From Lytechinus pictus (lineage: Eukaryota): DNA of 64,000 nt. The position numbers and the translations under genes are program-made. This document shows positions 35,347-49,562 of this stretch, piece by piece; position 1 is the first letter of the stretch; every line of letters starts with the position of its first letter. The notes beneath the pieces were generated by a model, which was not told where the DNA came from, made no database searches, and saw only the letters and a program-made list of their open reading frames with translations. Where the stretch lies: contig NC_087263.1 in assembly GCF_037042905.1 (NCBI RefSeq), positions 10,850,001 to 10,914,000 of the forward strand, in the 5' to 3' direction.

Positions 35347-35480
35347 TGATTAATTTATGATTAATATATAATATTTATAATTAATATATAATACGTATAA
35401 GTTGAATTATGCCTATATTACGTATAAATATATATCTCTCTGACGGTCAATCGGATCGGAGTCGCCCAAGCCACTAACCC

Positions 35481-35552
35481 GTCTATGTGGTCTAGTGGTT
35501 AGGGCACCGGCGTTCAAAGCTGGGGACCCGGATTCGATTCCCGACAGAGACA
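35481..35552 (+). pseudogene. tRNA-like sequence (tRNA-Glu-type scaffold; pseudogene or SINE head)
   Basis: Cloverleaf: acceptor GTCTATG/CAGAGAC (6/7), D arm GTCT/GGGC, anticodon stem CCGGC/GCTGG, T loop TTCGATT with two T-stem mismatches. A T6 run follows. Confidence 0.65.
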
Positions 35553-35693
35553 ATTTTTTCGGCATCACCAATTTTTCCAAAGGGCAGATAGCTCTGGGGA
35601 AGCTTGATTTAAGCTACGCCTACCATATAGATCTCTTCATTCATTTATTTCACTAAATATTTAAATACACGAGTTGCCAAAGCTGTTTTACAC

Positions 35694-35695
<2 letters not shown>

Positions 35696-35748
<53 letters not shown>
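35696..35748. repeat. (TA)n microsatellite
   Basis: Direct reading. Confidence 0.95.
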
Positions 35749-35751
<3 letters not shown>

Positions 35752-36417
35752 TTATACACACACACACGTGGATGTATCGATGTATTTAAATTTCAATACA
35801 TCTGTAAAACTAAGTTTCCTATTCGACCTAATTTCATTCACTCACTACCTGTCTTCAAATATTAAAGGGTTTACAAAACACAAATTAAAATACTAGAAAG
35901 GAGCTGTAAATCTACCATCCCCTACCTATGATACATGTCTTGATGTTGAATATAGGTCACGACAACGAACCCCTCTCATACGTTACGGTAGCAAACATTT
36001 AAATATTGAAGAGGAACAGATTGAATCTAGATATACAAACCGGGTTAGGGTGGATAGCAAAGCACCTGTCGCGTCGAGAAGGTCGTCAATGTAAGGCAAG
36101 TAGTTTCGTATCATGCAACCGTAAATAGGGCAATGTAGTCCCACCCGATGAATTTACTGCTTGGGATTCTTATCCAATTCGACGGATCATGTGTAGTCCC
36201 ACGTGTTAGGTATTCATGGATAGTTCGGTAATTCGGGCAGACTGGATTACAGGGAAGATACACCCCACCCCAACAAACACAACCACACCAAACACACGCA
36301 CACACATCCTTACATCCACACACTATCGGTACACCCGCCTTATTGATATTCAGTCTCAGGTATAGATACCTCGTTTTTCCCTACTTGTAAAAACACTACA
36401 TCCTAGTCTGCTCGAAA

Positions 36418-36454
<37 letters not shown>

Positions 36455-37209
36455 GGGGGGGGGGGGGGGTGGGTAACAGTAGACCCAAATAAATAAAAGT
36501 GACCTTTTAATAATTAACGAATGAGTGTTGCTTTCTTGCGTGTACTATAACGCATTACCAGGTTTTTAGATTCAAAAACTTTATTTATAATAGAAATGTC
36601 TTGCGCACATAATGTCACAATGGAGGGGTTTTCTTTGCGTTACTTTTCAAGGTAATTTCATACTTACAAGTCAAATAGAAGATACAAAAGTGAGTCTAAC
36701 AAAAAATCATTGAGAAGTTATCGAAGTGAGAAAGGATATGACGCATTATGTGACCTTCTTTAATCATGGATCGAGAATTATCATGTTTGGAAAAAGTTGG
36801 ATCTTTGCAGGAAATATTGCGCCGCCATCTATTTTCAATTTACATGACTTGTTCTTAAAGATGAAATTAAAAAAAAAAACATACTGACGGTTTCATGAAG
36901 CATGATTATTAAAATAGGCACACTAAATCATTCAAAAGTTCTCGTTTTTAAACGTGGTACAACGAATGACCAAAGGTCGGATGTTTCCGCACGCAAAGAC
37001 TAACGTTGAATTAAATGCTTTATTATCATGATTATAGTTTCTTTTAATGATATTTTGGTATAGTTGCTCTTTATGATGTAATTAACAATATCAAATGAAA
37101 CAATGTTGTGAAGTTTTGAACAGATGTGTAGGTGTCACACAATGGTTATACCAAATTCCCGCGAATACATAACGATATGATGAATATCATCAGACTATTT
37201 GAACATTAC

Positions 37210-37700
37210 AATAGTAGTGATAATCCCATACTTGTAGTCACGATAGTGGTAGCTGCAGCAGCGGCTGTAGTAAAAGTAGTAGTAGCAGTAGCAGTAGAAG
37301 ATGATGATGATGATTATTATCATTATGTTGTTGTCAATATGAGTAGTAGTAATATTAATGATAGTAGTATAGTAGCAGTAGTAGTAGTAGTAGTAATATT
37401 AATAGTATAAGTAATAAAGATTTTATTGCTTTCGCAGAAAGAAACGGTAGTGGTGGTTGTGATGGTAAATAATAGTGTCACTAATATTGATAGCGATAAT
37501 GATTGCGATAACTGTGCTATAACGATAACGAGTATAAGTTAAACAAAATGATGGTAGTTGGTTTAATAACGATAATGATAATGATTATATAATGATGGTA
37601 ATAATAATAATAATGATAGTAATAACAATAATTATAACAACAGTAATAACATTATTGATGATAATAATAATAATAATAAAAATCATAGCAATAATAATGC
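37210..37700. repeat. (TAG)/(GAT)/(TAA) trinucleotide low-complexity region
   Basis: Direct reading. Confidence 0.85.
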
Positions 37701-38475
37701 TACTGAAAACAATACCCCCTATTATCCTCATGCTACTGCGTCTAAGACCCGCCTCTGTTGAAGCTGAGAACTATAGTTTCACACATGATGAAAGTACTGA
37801 TTTATATTATACTAAGATATGATTGTGATATTGACATTGCCGACATGTTATGTAATGTTATAATTTTTATATTTCCATAGAGACGTTTTTTTTTGGTGGG
37901 GGTGTTAACCTGTCTGCTACGTTGACAACGTTTTCGAACTGGCTGCGTATAAATTTTGTTTGCGTTGTCTTCTCGTTCTGAAAATTTATTTTACTAGTTT
38001 TTTTTCGGAACAATGGCATATACAATGTATTTTTCTTTTGATTTTATTCCCTCTGTTGTCCGAATACACGAATGCAAAGGTCATCGAATGTGTTCCCCTG
38101 CGGCCATGAAAAACAAAATCAAATGTTCTTGCGTGGCGATGACATTTGTTTGGCCATGTAATATCTCTACGTCAAAGTTATGATAACGAGTTTGATATTG
38201 AAAATCCTCAAATTAACTAGATCTTTATTGAATTTTTGTGCAGGATTACACAGGAGTATCAAATATCCCTCATCGTCATTCCATTGAAAAGAATTGTTTC
38301 TTTCATAATGTTGGGAAATACAAATCAATCCGAATTGACTTGAGGTTGGAGCTTCTTGGTTATATACACAGTTAACCATTACACTATGGAACAATATCCA
38401 TCGCAGGCTTTTATTTCATTCTCAAATTATGGTGTTTACAAATGTAGTATTACTTTCCATAGTGTGTGTATGTAA

Positions 38476-38586
38476 AGAGGCTTTCACAATTGCTCGTGCG
38501 ATCGTTTGCGATCATTTGGTCACAATATATGTTGCACAGAATCGCAACAGTTGTAAGCAGTCGCACCACCAATTGTGAAAGGGGCT
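38476..38586. mobile_element. Short Harbinger-type MITE related to 61999-62896
   Basis: GGCTTTCACAATTG...CAATTGTGAAAGGGGCT; the right end matches the TIR of the larger element. Confidence 0.6.
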
Positions 38587-38979
38587 TTAGTAAGCGGGTG
38601 AGGAGTATGGAAGGTGTCTGTATTGTGAGCAGGGACGGGGTGGTGTGCGTAATCAACATTTTCCCCATTGCTATCAATCAGACATGACCATTAGTTTGTG
38701 AAGTTATCTCCTAAAGACACGATTCGTGGATCGAAACACCGATTTCTGAATCTCTAGTCTCTAAATATCAGATTTAAGCTAAAAAAGGACTGTATACGCT
38801 GTAACAAGTAGGTAACGGATGAAACGTACATGCATATATTAGTCCATTGGCTCTCTTTTATTAGATAAGCAGTTTTCAGCAGCTTCTTTTTGCCACATTT
38901 TAATATAGTAATAAATGATTTTTAAAAAATATTTTTTTCATCTTGCTTTGAGACAAATAGATTTTAGGCTTGGTTTTCT

Positions 38980-39090
38980 GTTATTTATTATTTATTTATT
39001 CATGTTTTATTTGTTACAAATGAGAAAATAAGGTGTAGGGTAGTCCGGTTCAGTTATAAAAACTGCTTTACGACGAGTTTATGCTATAAA
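38980..39090 (-). mobile_element. 3' end remnant of a CR1/L2-type retroelement
   Basis: (TTTA)n tail plus AGTTATAAAAACTG motif, the reverse complement of the motif at ~63640-63660 that precedes a (TGAA/TAAA)n tail. Confidence 0.35.
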
Positions 39091-41459
39091 TGTTTGGCCA
39101 ATTGGTATCGTTTATAAAAGAATCGAAAAAAAGTTGGATTGAACTGAAAAAGAGAAGTTTAAAGAATAGGAAGGTTGCATTTATACGAGAGGGATCTTCT
39201 TTTGAATTAAGTTTTAGGGAATGGAATGTCGAGGAGAGTATTCAGTGTACATTAAAACAGAACTTGTAGAAGGATGGTGGAATGGTATTGTATTACAATT
39301 GTGGAAGGATCAGGAAAATTTGTGGGGGGGGTCTATCACCTTTCAGCGGCTTTTGTTTTTATTGATAAAAAAAAACAACAGCAAGTGATGCTTCCTGGCG
39401 TTTGCATATCTTCATCAGAATTTACCTTTTTTTTTTAATTCAATTATTTCACCATTATGTTTATGTTTGTATTTCTTTCTTTATTACTTCCATTTGTATT
39501 TATGTACTTTTTCCCCCTGCCGACTACATCAGCCGATGAACAGAAGAGTTGATAATTATCTGATGCCATATATTTAAGCAACAACGGTTGAAGATAATGA
39601 AAAGAAAAAAAAATAAGAGAAAAGGAAATTTGAAAGTAAGGAACACTGATATATTTGTAATTGATTCAGAGCATTGTATTCTCTCCCTCTTTTATTCATG
39701 TTGAAAAAAAATACCCGTTGTTATACCGAATCAATGATCATTAGTAAGAGAACTTCCCCAGGTATCGGAAATAATGGGGAAAAAACCCGCAATTTAGACA
39801 TTTTGCGAAACACAACAACGTATCATTGCTAACAATAATCGACTTACAAATAAGTAAGAATATACAACTTTAGCCAAGCGTTTAACAATCACAAAATTAA
39901 CCATGAGATACTCGTATTCTATTTCAACGATATAACGAAAGCAGGACTTACCATTAACTAATTATCGTCTCGCTACTCGGATTTTGATAAGGCCTATGCA
40001 TTTATGTATAGTATTTTGGCTACTTTTTTGTGAGGTGCAAAAACGTTATGGACCTCGTAGAGGTATTTGTGACCGTAGCATTAACCGCCTGTGAAATATG
40101 AATGTTCCCCAGTCATAACGTGAATTTCACTCCACAGTTCCATGATCTGCTGGCTTTCATCTTTCTTCGTCAATATATAAGGCAGATAAATTTTCTCAAA
40201 TAAATTATTAAAATGCCCTTTTTACCAAATTTATTTTAGCAACTTTTTACTACGTGAATATGGGATGATATTTTAAGGTTCTACAATCGCGGAAGTGGTT
40301 TACACCATAGCGTGCCGTTAATGTTAATATGATAAAAATTAAATAAAAGTCTGGTCAAAGTTAGCATATAGGGTTAACTAAACCACCTCTATAGCAACAC
40401 AAATCCGACTCCCAAATACTTTATTTTGTACTTCTAAAATGTTTCTTTTTTTCGTCCAGGGTACATCAAACCAGGTACTGACAATTAGATCCAAGGCGCC
40501 AAATCCCCCGGTAGTCTGTTTTTAATGTGCATTAAATGTCAAGAAAATTATCGTCTAGAGTTTTACAATGTCAAGGGAACGTTAAAAAAAAGTGAACAGG
40601 GGGTGCCCCCAACCAACAGAAGATTTCTGTAATAGTTTTAAAGTGATTTCTTCCGATTTTTCCACCTGTTTATAATCTGATATAGATTAGGAAGTTAATT
40701 GTTTGACGAACGGGTAACGGTTTTGAGAGAAAACGGTTTTAGGGGTTTCATCGCCGAATTTAAAGTCTCGGTGACTTAATTCGATTGCCCCCATCAGCGG
40801 GAGTGTGAACCGCCCTCAATGTGTCAAAATTGCCTTACGGAGACGAGATGCATGCTGGGAGGAACAGTGTGTCTATCAAAACTGCTGGATACCTAGGCTG
40901 AAGCAGGCCTATAGACTCAGAATGGAATACCGTTTTCCAGGGACCCGAACATCTCCACAATAAGGTTTGCAATCTGCCGCTTTATGACAATAGCTAGTAA
41001 AGACATTCCATTTCCAATTCAATCCTATTCTTGATTTCATTTCCATTTAAAACATGATACAAAGTACTAATATAAATACAAATTGACAGATTGACATTTA
41101 AAAAGAGAAGCGTTATAAAAAATCGTTTTCTGCAGGTTTTATTCAGACTATGAACCAATTAGAACTGTTCTATATTTATTGTTGGTAAATCTATCGTAGA
41201 TATTTGTGTTATGGCCGGGACCAAGGTTAGGCAATACCACGATGTGATAATGTTGCAATAAATAATTCACTGACCAAATTACAAACAATATCATTCTTTT
41301 CAGCGTTTGTACGTTGCTTTGAGTAATCAGGCAGCAATTCAGTCTTCCGCAAATGCCATATTTTTTGTTTGTTTTCTGTATGCTTCAACACCACCTTTTC
41401 CCTGTATTACTTCGCACTCCTGACATTTGTCTTCATAATGCATATGGCATTTTCATTTA

Positions 41460-41599
41460 TTTGATGTAAGATAAAACAGCAATGTGGATAAAATAAAATG
41501 CCTTGCTCAAGGGCATACATGTAAGTGCCGTGCCAGGACTCGAACCGCCGATACTCGGATCTCCGATCAAGCCTTAGACCACTCGGCCACGGCACCTCC
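41460..41599 (-). mobile_element. tRNA-derived SINE 5' fragment
   Basis: Minus strand TGGCCGAGTGG (A box), GGTTCGAGTCC (B box), CCCTTGAGCAAGGCA core start. Confidence 0.7.
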
Positions 41600-42539
41600 G
41601 TGAGTTATCACTTATGATGAGCAATCAATACTGATATAATGCCCAATGAGCATTTTTCACTTTAAGGGTTTTTGGTGGATCTTGCGATCACAGAAATCAA
41701 GGATTTGTTATCAAAGGCATTGAATGATGGAAATGATCCATGCCGAATCCTTTCAAAAAAAAATATTTTAAAGTAAAATCCTTACAATAAAAAGTGAGTA
41801 AAATCGCATATTTTATTTATTTTTTACCTAGTGTGCGATTGTTTTCATTTGTTTACCGATGCCATTTCATTTCAATCACAAGGTAATTATTTTAAATCTT
41901 CCAACAATGGTTAACTTAGCAAACATCGTATCTCTTAGAATACCTAAATTTGTTTTATAAGTTATCTTTGGTTATATTGAGAGAAAATCAAGGCAAAAAA
42001 CAACGACTGCAGATAATACTAATGCAAAATGGCTTTACTAATATCTGCCTACTTTCTACCGTAATGGAATAAAGAGTCGGAACTAATCCACCCACTCGAA
42101 AAGCATAGTCTCGGAGAGGGGATCATTAAAGATCATGTGAATCTATTATCGAATTGTGTATTACCCCATACAACCTCGCGTTACAAATGAAAGGTGATGT
42201 CGCCATAAAGAGCAAATGCGATTTGATAAACTGGAAGGTCCGTAACCCGCGAAGTAGGAGACGAACCTGGCTGAATAAACAGGTTTGCTAAATAAGCCCC
42301 CACCATCAATCAAAACCCTGCTTCCTTAATTCTATAATTACTTCCAAAATTCTCTCGATCTTGATTCAGCTGGGAGAAAATCTTCTCGATGATAAATCAG
42401 GTACATTATCTATCAAATCTTACCCATTTTCCCCCTTCGCAATCTTGTCCGGATTTGAAGATTTCTACCACTCAAAGCTGGATCAAATTCTGGAGTTGGT
42501 CTTGATTTGTTATTAGGGATTGTCCTATCCACGATGCAC

Positions 42540-43062
42540 GACGGATTCAAGCACACAGTTAATGTCTTGAAAATGCCCGTCAAATAATGAAGAGCTGGGA
42601 GGTCTTTGTCGAAAATTTGTTTAACAATTTATTCAATTCATATAAACATTTATTTTATTGTATGCGGGGGCTTCGTGATCAATGTGGGGGCGTCGTGGTC
42701 TATGGGTTACGACTCCCGTCTCTCAATCAGAGGGACTTTCCTTCAGCAAGAAATTGATCCACATTGGGCTGCACTCAACCCAGTTAAGGTGAATGGTTAC
42801 GCGGCAGGATAGATTCATTGAAATGCACCAAGCGCCTTTAGCAGCTTGAGCTACAGCCGGGGTAATATATAGTGCGTCATAGTGTAGGCAACTGGATAAT
42901 AAGCGCCTCGTAAATGCTATATATTGATATTATTAACAGCAGTTTAGTCGTGAAGTTTGCAGCTTTCGAAAAATTGCTATTACATCTGTGTCGTTTGTCC
43001 AGAATCCAGAACGAGACTGCTATATTGATTCACCGATTTTCAACAAAGACTTACCTGACCTC
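42540..43062 (+). repeat. Dispersed ~230-bp repeat (copy 1), interrupted by a SINE
   Basis: 42540-42618 and 42936-43062 align with 48237-48452 and with the reverse complement of 54220-54422. Confidence 0.65.
42686..42935 (+). mobile_element. tRNA-derived SINE with internal deletion of the B box
   Basis: Head GGGGCGTCGTGGTCTA...CAGAGGGA is joined directly to CTTTCCTTCAGCAAGAAA; tail resembles 21635-21925. Confidence 0.8.
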
Positions 43063-43797
43063 AACCAAATGATATTCCGTTTCTTTCTTCCTCCCCCATC
43101 GTGTATCGTGCACCTGCTGGTTGTTTTTTCCTGCTGTCCTTATTGCAAAGATTTTAATATTTTTCAAGCAGTTTGTCTTATAATTTATTTATACCGGTTA
43201 ATTAATAACAAGGAACAAGCTGGGCCTACTGTACGGTGTATTGTAAGGAATTGTGAGGTTTCAACTTGCTATTTTGAAAATCATTGGATGCACCTATTGG
43301 TTATGCTTCATGAGTTTGAATGAAATACATGTATTTCAATCGGTCTGCTATTTCGGTCTGCGAAACTAAAAGTAGTTTAATGAATATAATGAATTAAAAA
43401 GCAAAACAAACACTTTCTTAAACTGCCCTTCCAAATCTGGTACATGTGCATAATGAAAACTAAAATAATTTGAAAACTCTGTAATGTCAAATCAACATTC
43501 TTAAGCAATGAATTATTCATTATCTCTAACCATGAGTTCTTTGCAATCTCTTTGTTAATAAAGATAAATGTAAATGTATTTTGTATCGTATATGATAACA
43601 TTGAAACTTGGTAAAACGTGTTACATTCAGTTTTTACTGCAAGACTATATGTTAATAAACCATAAATTGAAATATATTCAGGTTGGTTTTCATTATTATA
43701 ATTCAATAATTATGTAGCTCAGTCATTAAGCCCTATAATCCTATGTACAGTATTTATATGGTATTTTACTTTGTGATCAGATATTTTAAGATTTGAA

Positions 43798-43800
<3 letters not shown>

Positions 43801-43832
<32 letters not shown>

Positions 43833-44090
43833 GCTGAATTTATAAAGCCCTTTTTGCTGAGGATACAAAGCGCTGATATTATTACCCCGGCTTTAGCTCG
43901 AGCTACCATCACCAGCGCTCAGTGCATACAAGGAATTACTCCTGCCGGGTACCCATTCACCTCAGCTGGGTCGAGTGCAGCACAGTGTGGATAAATTTCT
44001 TGCTGAAGGAAAACACGCAATGGCTAGGATCGAACCCACGACCCTCGGATTCAAAGGCGAGAGTCAGAATCACTAGACCACGACGCACCC
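43801..44090 (-). mobile_element. tRNA-derived SINE
   Basis: A box TGGTCTAGTGA, B box GGTTCGATCC, shared core, long (TAT)n tail. Confidence 0.85.
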
Positions 44091-46420
44091 ACTTAATCAT
44101 TAAGTAATGAATAAATCCAAAATTTGGTTGGTCACTAATTCGAAGCCGATCTGGATTTATTTTAAATCCTTGAAATTTAGAGTGTGTGTGGCATTATGCA
44201 GTTTTATTTCCAGCTTATCTTAATACGTGACAAAGCAAATTAGCTATCATGATGTTGCACGAGATATATCAAATTCAAAATCAGCGAATATGCATTATGC
44301 CGTTACCATGGCATCCAAACAAGAAGGATTACCAGATCAACCCAATCTCTGCAGAGGAAAATATATCGCAGGAAGTTGGTGCCCACATACAGTACCGGCA
44401 TTTTTGTATTGTTTGTTTTCTTCCATTAACTGTATCTTTTGTTTTTGATCTAACGTTCATACGATCGACAGCTGTTATAAGATTTACTCTAAATTTATAT
44501 GTCAAAAACGGGCATTTCGAAAAGGCCAAAGTCAATGCCATTCTTATTATTTCATTGATTTTTATTATTTTATTTCATTTACATATTTATTCGAAGGGTA
44601 GCCCATCGAACACCCTATGCGTCTTGTGGAAACGTACGAATTGAAACCATTTTAGTTGTATTTTTTTTCCACTTCAGACTTGATCATCATCGACTTAACT
44701 TTTGGAAGAAATGACAAATAGCTACAAGTGCCACTTTTTTAAAAATTACCAAATATAAAAAAAGACGTTTTACGTGAACACATCTGTCTATGCTCTTCAT
44801 GACATTTAGAAGGATTTTGGAAACTTCAATTCGAAGAAAAAGAAAGAAACGCGATTTGCTCTTTGTTTCTTTGCTAATTCGATACTCTTTTTTTATTAGG
44901 AAATGTATGCGTATATCACATAACCTAATTTGACTAATTCCTTACAAAATTATATAGAATTGGGTTAGGCTGATGTGTTTTATTTTTTCTTCGCCCTTTT
45001 TTCGCATCCAGACATAGGTTCCAAATGGGAATTGAGTTGGATATAAATAAAAAAGATATAACTCGGGTAATCCCTGTTTCTTATTATATTGTCTATCCTC
45101 GTCCTTCTTTCATATTTAACATTCGGAGATTATATTTTACATCAGATTTGTAACACCCGAATGTTCATCAGCAACTAAATCAAACTTAACGTGTAAGGTA
45201 TATGAATTAGACCATGTGTGATAAGACCAAACGAAAAGTAAAAAATAGAAAATAAAAAAATAAAAAAGGAGGTTTAAACCAAGTGCCAATTTAACAAAGG
45301 TTGGTTACTCCTATCGCGGGAAAGGTAACTAATTTGTATTGTTATTTTGTATTTCTTATTTTGTATGTATTGATTAATTGTTATTTTTATGGAGTGAATT
45401 TTGCTCAGATTATTTTCCAAGTAATTGGTTTAACCGTCAAAGAGTCTGGTTCCAATAACAAGCCAAATTGGCTGAAGCACCGTTTGGACAGTGCGATAAT
45501 GTCCAGTAGCAGTTAAGTTCAGTTCAACTTTCTTCAATGAGTGAATTTTAAAAACACTTTACAAAACATTGAATTAAAAAACATGCAAATCAAACTAAAA
45601 TAAAACAATTAAACATTAAATGTATGTACGAACATGTTGGTATAGTGATTTATGCTCTGGGTTTCATGTCCTATCAAAGTTATCTGATGCTATTTTTTCC
45701 CCGAGAATTTGATCGGTCACTATTATTTTAGAAATGATGTGGTGTAAACAAAGATTGACTGTTTTATAAGGTCTTTGTCGGCTCATACTTCCATTGCCTC
45801 TCTGCGCAATGATTTTTTGCGTGGCGCGCAAGGATTCATCACTTTGATCGATAAAACAACAATTACATGATTGATGAAGTATGGCATATATGACTATACA
45901 GAGGGGGTGCGAACCAAGCTCTGTGCAATTATATTTAAGAATACAAAGGTATACATGACGCATCTCTTTCTCACACCCCCCCCCCCCCCTTGCTCCCCTT
46001 CTCTTGTACCGATCGCTTTTGGGCTCATGCCTGCTGTCTGTTTTCCCGGCTCTCTCTCTCTTAACCCCACGTCTCCCACCATCATGACCATAATTTTGAC
46101 ATTCAACAGTAAAATTGCCTAATTAACTTCAAGCCAAGATATCCACAATTTCTCCCATGAGTAAACTAATACAATGTTTTTAATCATGGATCTTATGCAT
46201 ATTAATTTCTGACACTTTAACTGTCTCGTTTATAATTGCTCTGTGTGTGAGTGTGTTAGTCCGTTCTGTGTGTGTTAAGGACAGAGAGTACTTGTGTTAA
46301 TTTGTTAGGGTGAAGTATAATTGTGTGCACTTCGATACATCTAAACTAATTATGATTTGCTTCTGTTTTGATACATGAGATAAATGCTCATGAGATGATA
46401 TGCCTACACGAGATGAATGT

Positions 46421-46703
46421 GGTGGCGTCGTGGTCTAGTGGTTACGACTCTCATCTTTCAATCTTAGGGATGTGGGTTCGATTCCCTGCCGTGACGAGTT
46501 CTCCTTCAGCAAGAAATTTACCCACATTGGGCTGCAATAAACCCAGGTGAGCTGAATGGGCTCCCGATAGGAAGATATTCCTCGAATGCTTGAGCGCCTA
46601 TATGTCAGCTCGGCTACAGCCTAGGTAATAAAAATTTGATAGACAGTGTTGAGAGCACTATACTGTAGAGCATTGCGCTATATAAATTAACCGTATTATT
46701 ATT
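46421..46703 (+). mobile_element. tRNA-derived SINE
   Basis: TGGTCTAGTGG, GGTTCGATTCC, CCTTCAGCAAGAAA core, GCGCTATATAAAT tail. Confidence 0.85.
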
Positions 46704-48236
46704 GATATTGTGTTAATTCTTACGATATCAAAGGAAGATATTGCCACTCCTATCAAAAGGGATAAAAATCTCGTTAGCCCAATTCGGGAAATCTTAGCAA
46801 AACATGAACGGTCTTGGAAGGGGGTAAAATATCCTATGACGAGAGATTCGACTTTAATGTGCCATTAGCGAACGCGTAATTCTATGCTATCACGTCCTGT
46901 TTAATACATCAATATTGTGGCTTATTTTTAGTCAATGTCCCTTCATATATTCATAATGCCAGTTAAATTCTCATGTTTTAACATTTCGAAAAATGGAGCT
47001 CATTGTACAAACTTTGTGTAATAAATCTACCAGTTGGATGAAGTTCGAAGAGTTCTTTGCAAACCGCACTTACACGTTATGAATATAACTCGGCAATGTT
47101 TGCTATAGGAAAGGCTTTAGTAAATCTTAAAATAATAGAGTAAACGATCTATAACAATACAAAAAAATCATCAAAACTACAAGAAACAGTCATAATCCTT
47201 TTGTTGTTCCCGGAAGTATATTAATTTGTTTCCGATCTTGAGGGTGACTGTGAATATGTACTGCCCCCTCAACATAGTTCTCTATAATCGTCAAATGACG
47301 TTGACAAAAATGATTAATAAAAATAACTTTCAAACTCGTGGGCGCTCTGTAAGCATGCCTTAGATATCTACTTTTATCATTGTGACATTTAAAAGGATTT
47401 ATAACACGGAATTATGCATCGCTTGTAAACATCGTCACTATTATACAGTTCACATTTCCTTCTAAAGATTTATATTCGTAAGGATCTGTCGTAAGGTTTG
47501 TGTACATTGAAGAGTGATTTCAGAATGAAGAGCACGTTTATTTATTTTTTTTTATCAATTTCGACTGAGAATTACAAGAAAAAGATCATCTGATCAATAT
47601 ATCGAATAAAATTTGAATATTTTTTTTTTCAATGCTGCGTTGTAACTGTTGGGACCTTTACTTTATTCTACATCTTAGTAATTTGATACAGACAAATGTA
47701 CTTGTCTATAAACGTCAATGTTTATGATCATTTTAATATCATTAATAATAACATAATAATAATAAATGTCATCATCGTCATCATTATTACTATTATTAGT
47801 GTTGATTTTATTCCCATGTATAAAGAATATTTTTTGGGGGAAATAAATTTGTGAAGTTTGCACTGTGATTTTGACTGTTGAAAAAGTATTTGATATTAGT
47901 ACAATATACCTTACTACTTTTTTTATATTTTGCAAACATTGTTGGATATTTCTTCTATCATTCATTTAATTTATGGGTTGTTTTACAATTGCCTAATGAT
48001 TCCTAATGATAGTAATGAAAAATAGAAATAAAAAGGAAACAAAATTATCTAATTAATAAAGATAAAACGTATGACGTGACACCGTTGACATAATTCGTCT
48101 CGTCACTGCATTCGGAGTGCTGATAAAAATGCCCAAATAACATTAATGTTGCATTTGATTTATACATGCAGATGGACGAGTAAGTACTAGGTAGTTTCAC
48201 ATGCTCATTTCCAAACTATGTCTGTTTTACCAACGT

Positions 48237-48452
48237 TTATCTACGCAAGAACGCAGTAAATGTATTGAAAATACCCGTTGAATGACAATGAACAGCTGGG
48301 AGGTCTTTGTTTACTAAATTGGTGAACCAGAGTAGCAGTTTCGTCCTAAGTTTCGGAGCTGACGAAAAATTGCAAATATGTCGTGGGTCAGAAACCAAGC
48401 GAAAATGCTGTTTTGATTCACCAATTTTCGACAGAGACGTCTTGGATGTCAA
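48237..48452 (+). repeat. Dispersed ~230-bp repeat (copy 2)
   Basis: Internal inverted repeat GTCTTTGT...AAATTGGTGAA / TTCACCAATTTTCGACAGAGAC; homologous to copies 1 and 3. Confidence 0.7.
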
Positions 48453-49304
48453 TTGTCATGAATGACATTTGAAAATACAAGTTGAAAGTGTTCTGCATCA
48501 TGGTGCGAAAAGTCCCTAATTGTTTTGTTGGCATGGGTAGGCAATGGAATTTTGTGTCACTAGGCATTGAAATGTTGATTAACCTTTCATTTCATATTGA
48601 CTTTACCATTGAACGTAAAGTGTCAGGAGGATCACTATAAATGCGGGGCGTAAAAATACGTTTGCTCTGTCATAAATAGCAACAAATTTGCTTTAGGGGG
48701 GAAATATAGCACAATCCTTTACCGCTGTTCAATAAATGATCTGATGGCTGTCAAGAACGTCTGTTACAGCTAAACTTTGTTACATGATTGTTTATTTCAA
48801 CCATTTATTAGATATATTTTCAAGGATAATATCAACTGCACGTCTTAAATTAGCTGAAAGGTATACTCATACGCGTCGGAATTTAGTGCTCTTTATTTAT
48901 TTATTTTCATCATGCTATTTTGCATTAAGTTTATTTCGCTTGACGTAATTCAAATTGTCTGTTCTTCGTTAATGATTTATTTCACGTGAGTTCCTATATT
49001 TCTTTCCCCTTTGGGATAATATTTGTTTCTTTATTTCTAGAATATTATATTGATGCCCCCTACCCCCCCCCCTCCTCTCTCTCTATTTCTCTTACTTTCG
49101 CTTGTCTTGGTTTTCTTTTTTTATTCTGAGCTATCCTTAAAGCAATTAATTTTTTTTTAATGTGGTCATGTCTTTTGTTATAGGCCTATAATTATGATAA
49201 TCAAATTGAAGTCGTACCCTTTTTTATGTGTACGAAATGCTGAAAAAAAATTGTATATTTTCCTGTTGATTTTATATTTCATGGGTCTTGAAATTTGATG
49301 TGCG

Positions 49305-49335
<31 letters not shown>

Positions 49336-49562
49336 AGTTTTTGTTTATCAAAACAGTTACTTGTACCCATCATCAGCGGTTGAGCAAGGGTAAAGTATGC
49401 CTGCAGTTTAATTGTTTGCTGAGTGTGATATTGTTCTTAATTATTTCATTCCATTTTTTATTAATTAATTTCTGCAATATTTTAGGTAAAGGGTGGGACG
49501 CAACTCGAAAAATCCCACGTTTAAAACAAATTTTCCAACTCTGTATTCCTTATTATGCAGTA

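Noticed and set aside
35481-35552. Selenocysteine tRNA
   Set aside because: No long variable arm or extended acceptor/D stems; T-stem mismatches.
47646-47657. LLG-coding string as the start of exon 2
   Set aside because: There is no upstream AG acceptor, and the continuation (P...) does not resemble the expected precursor.
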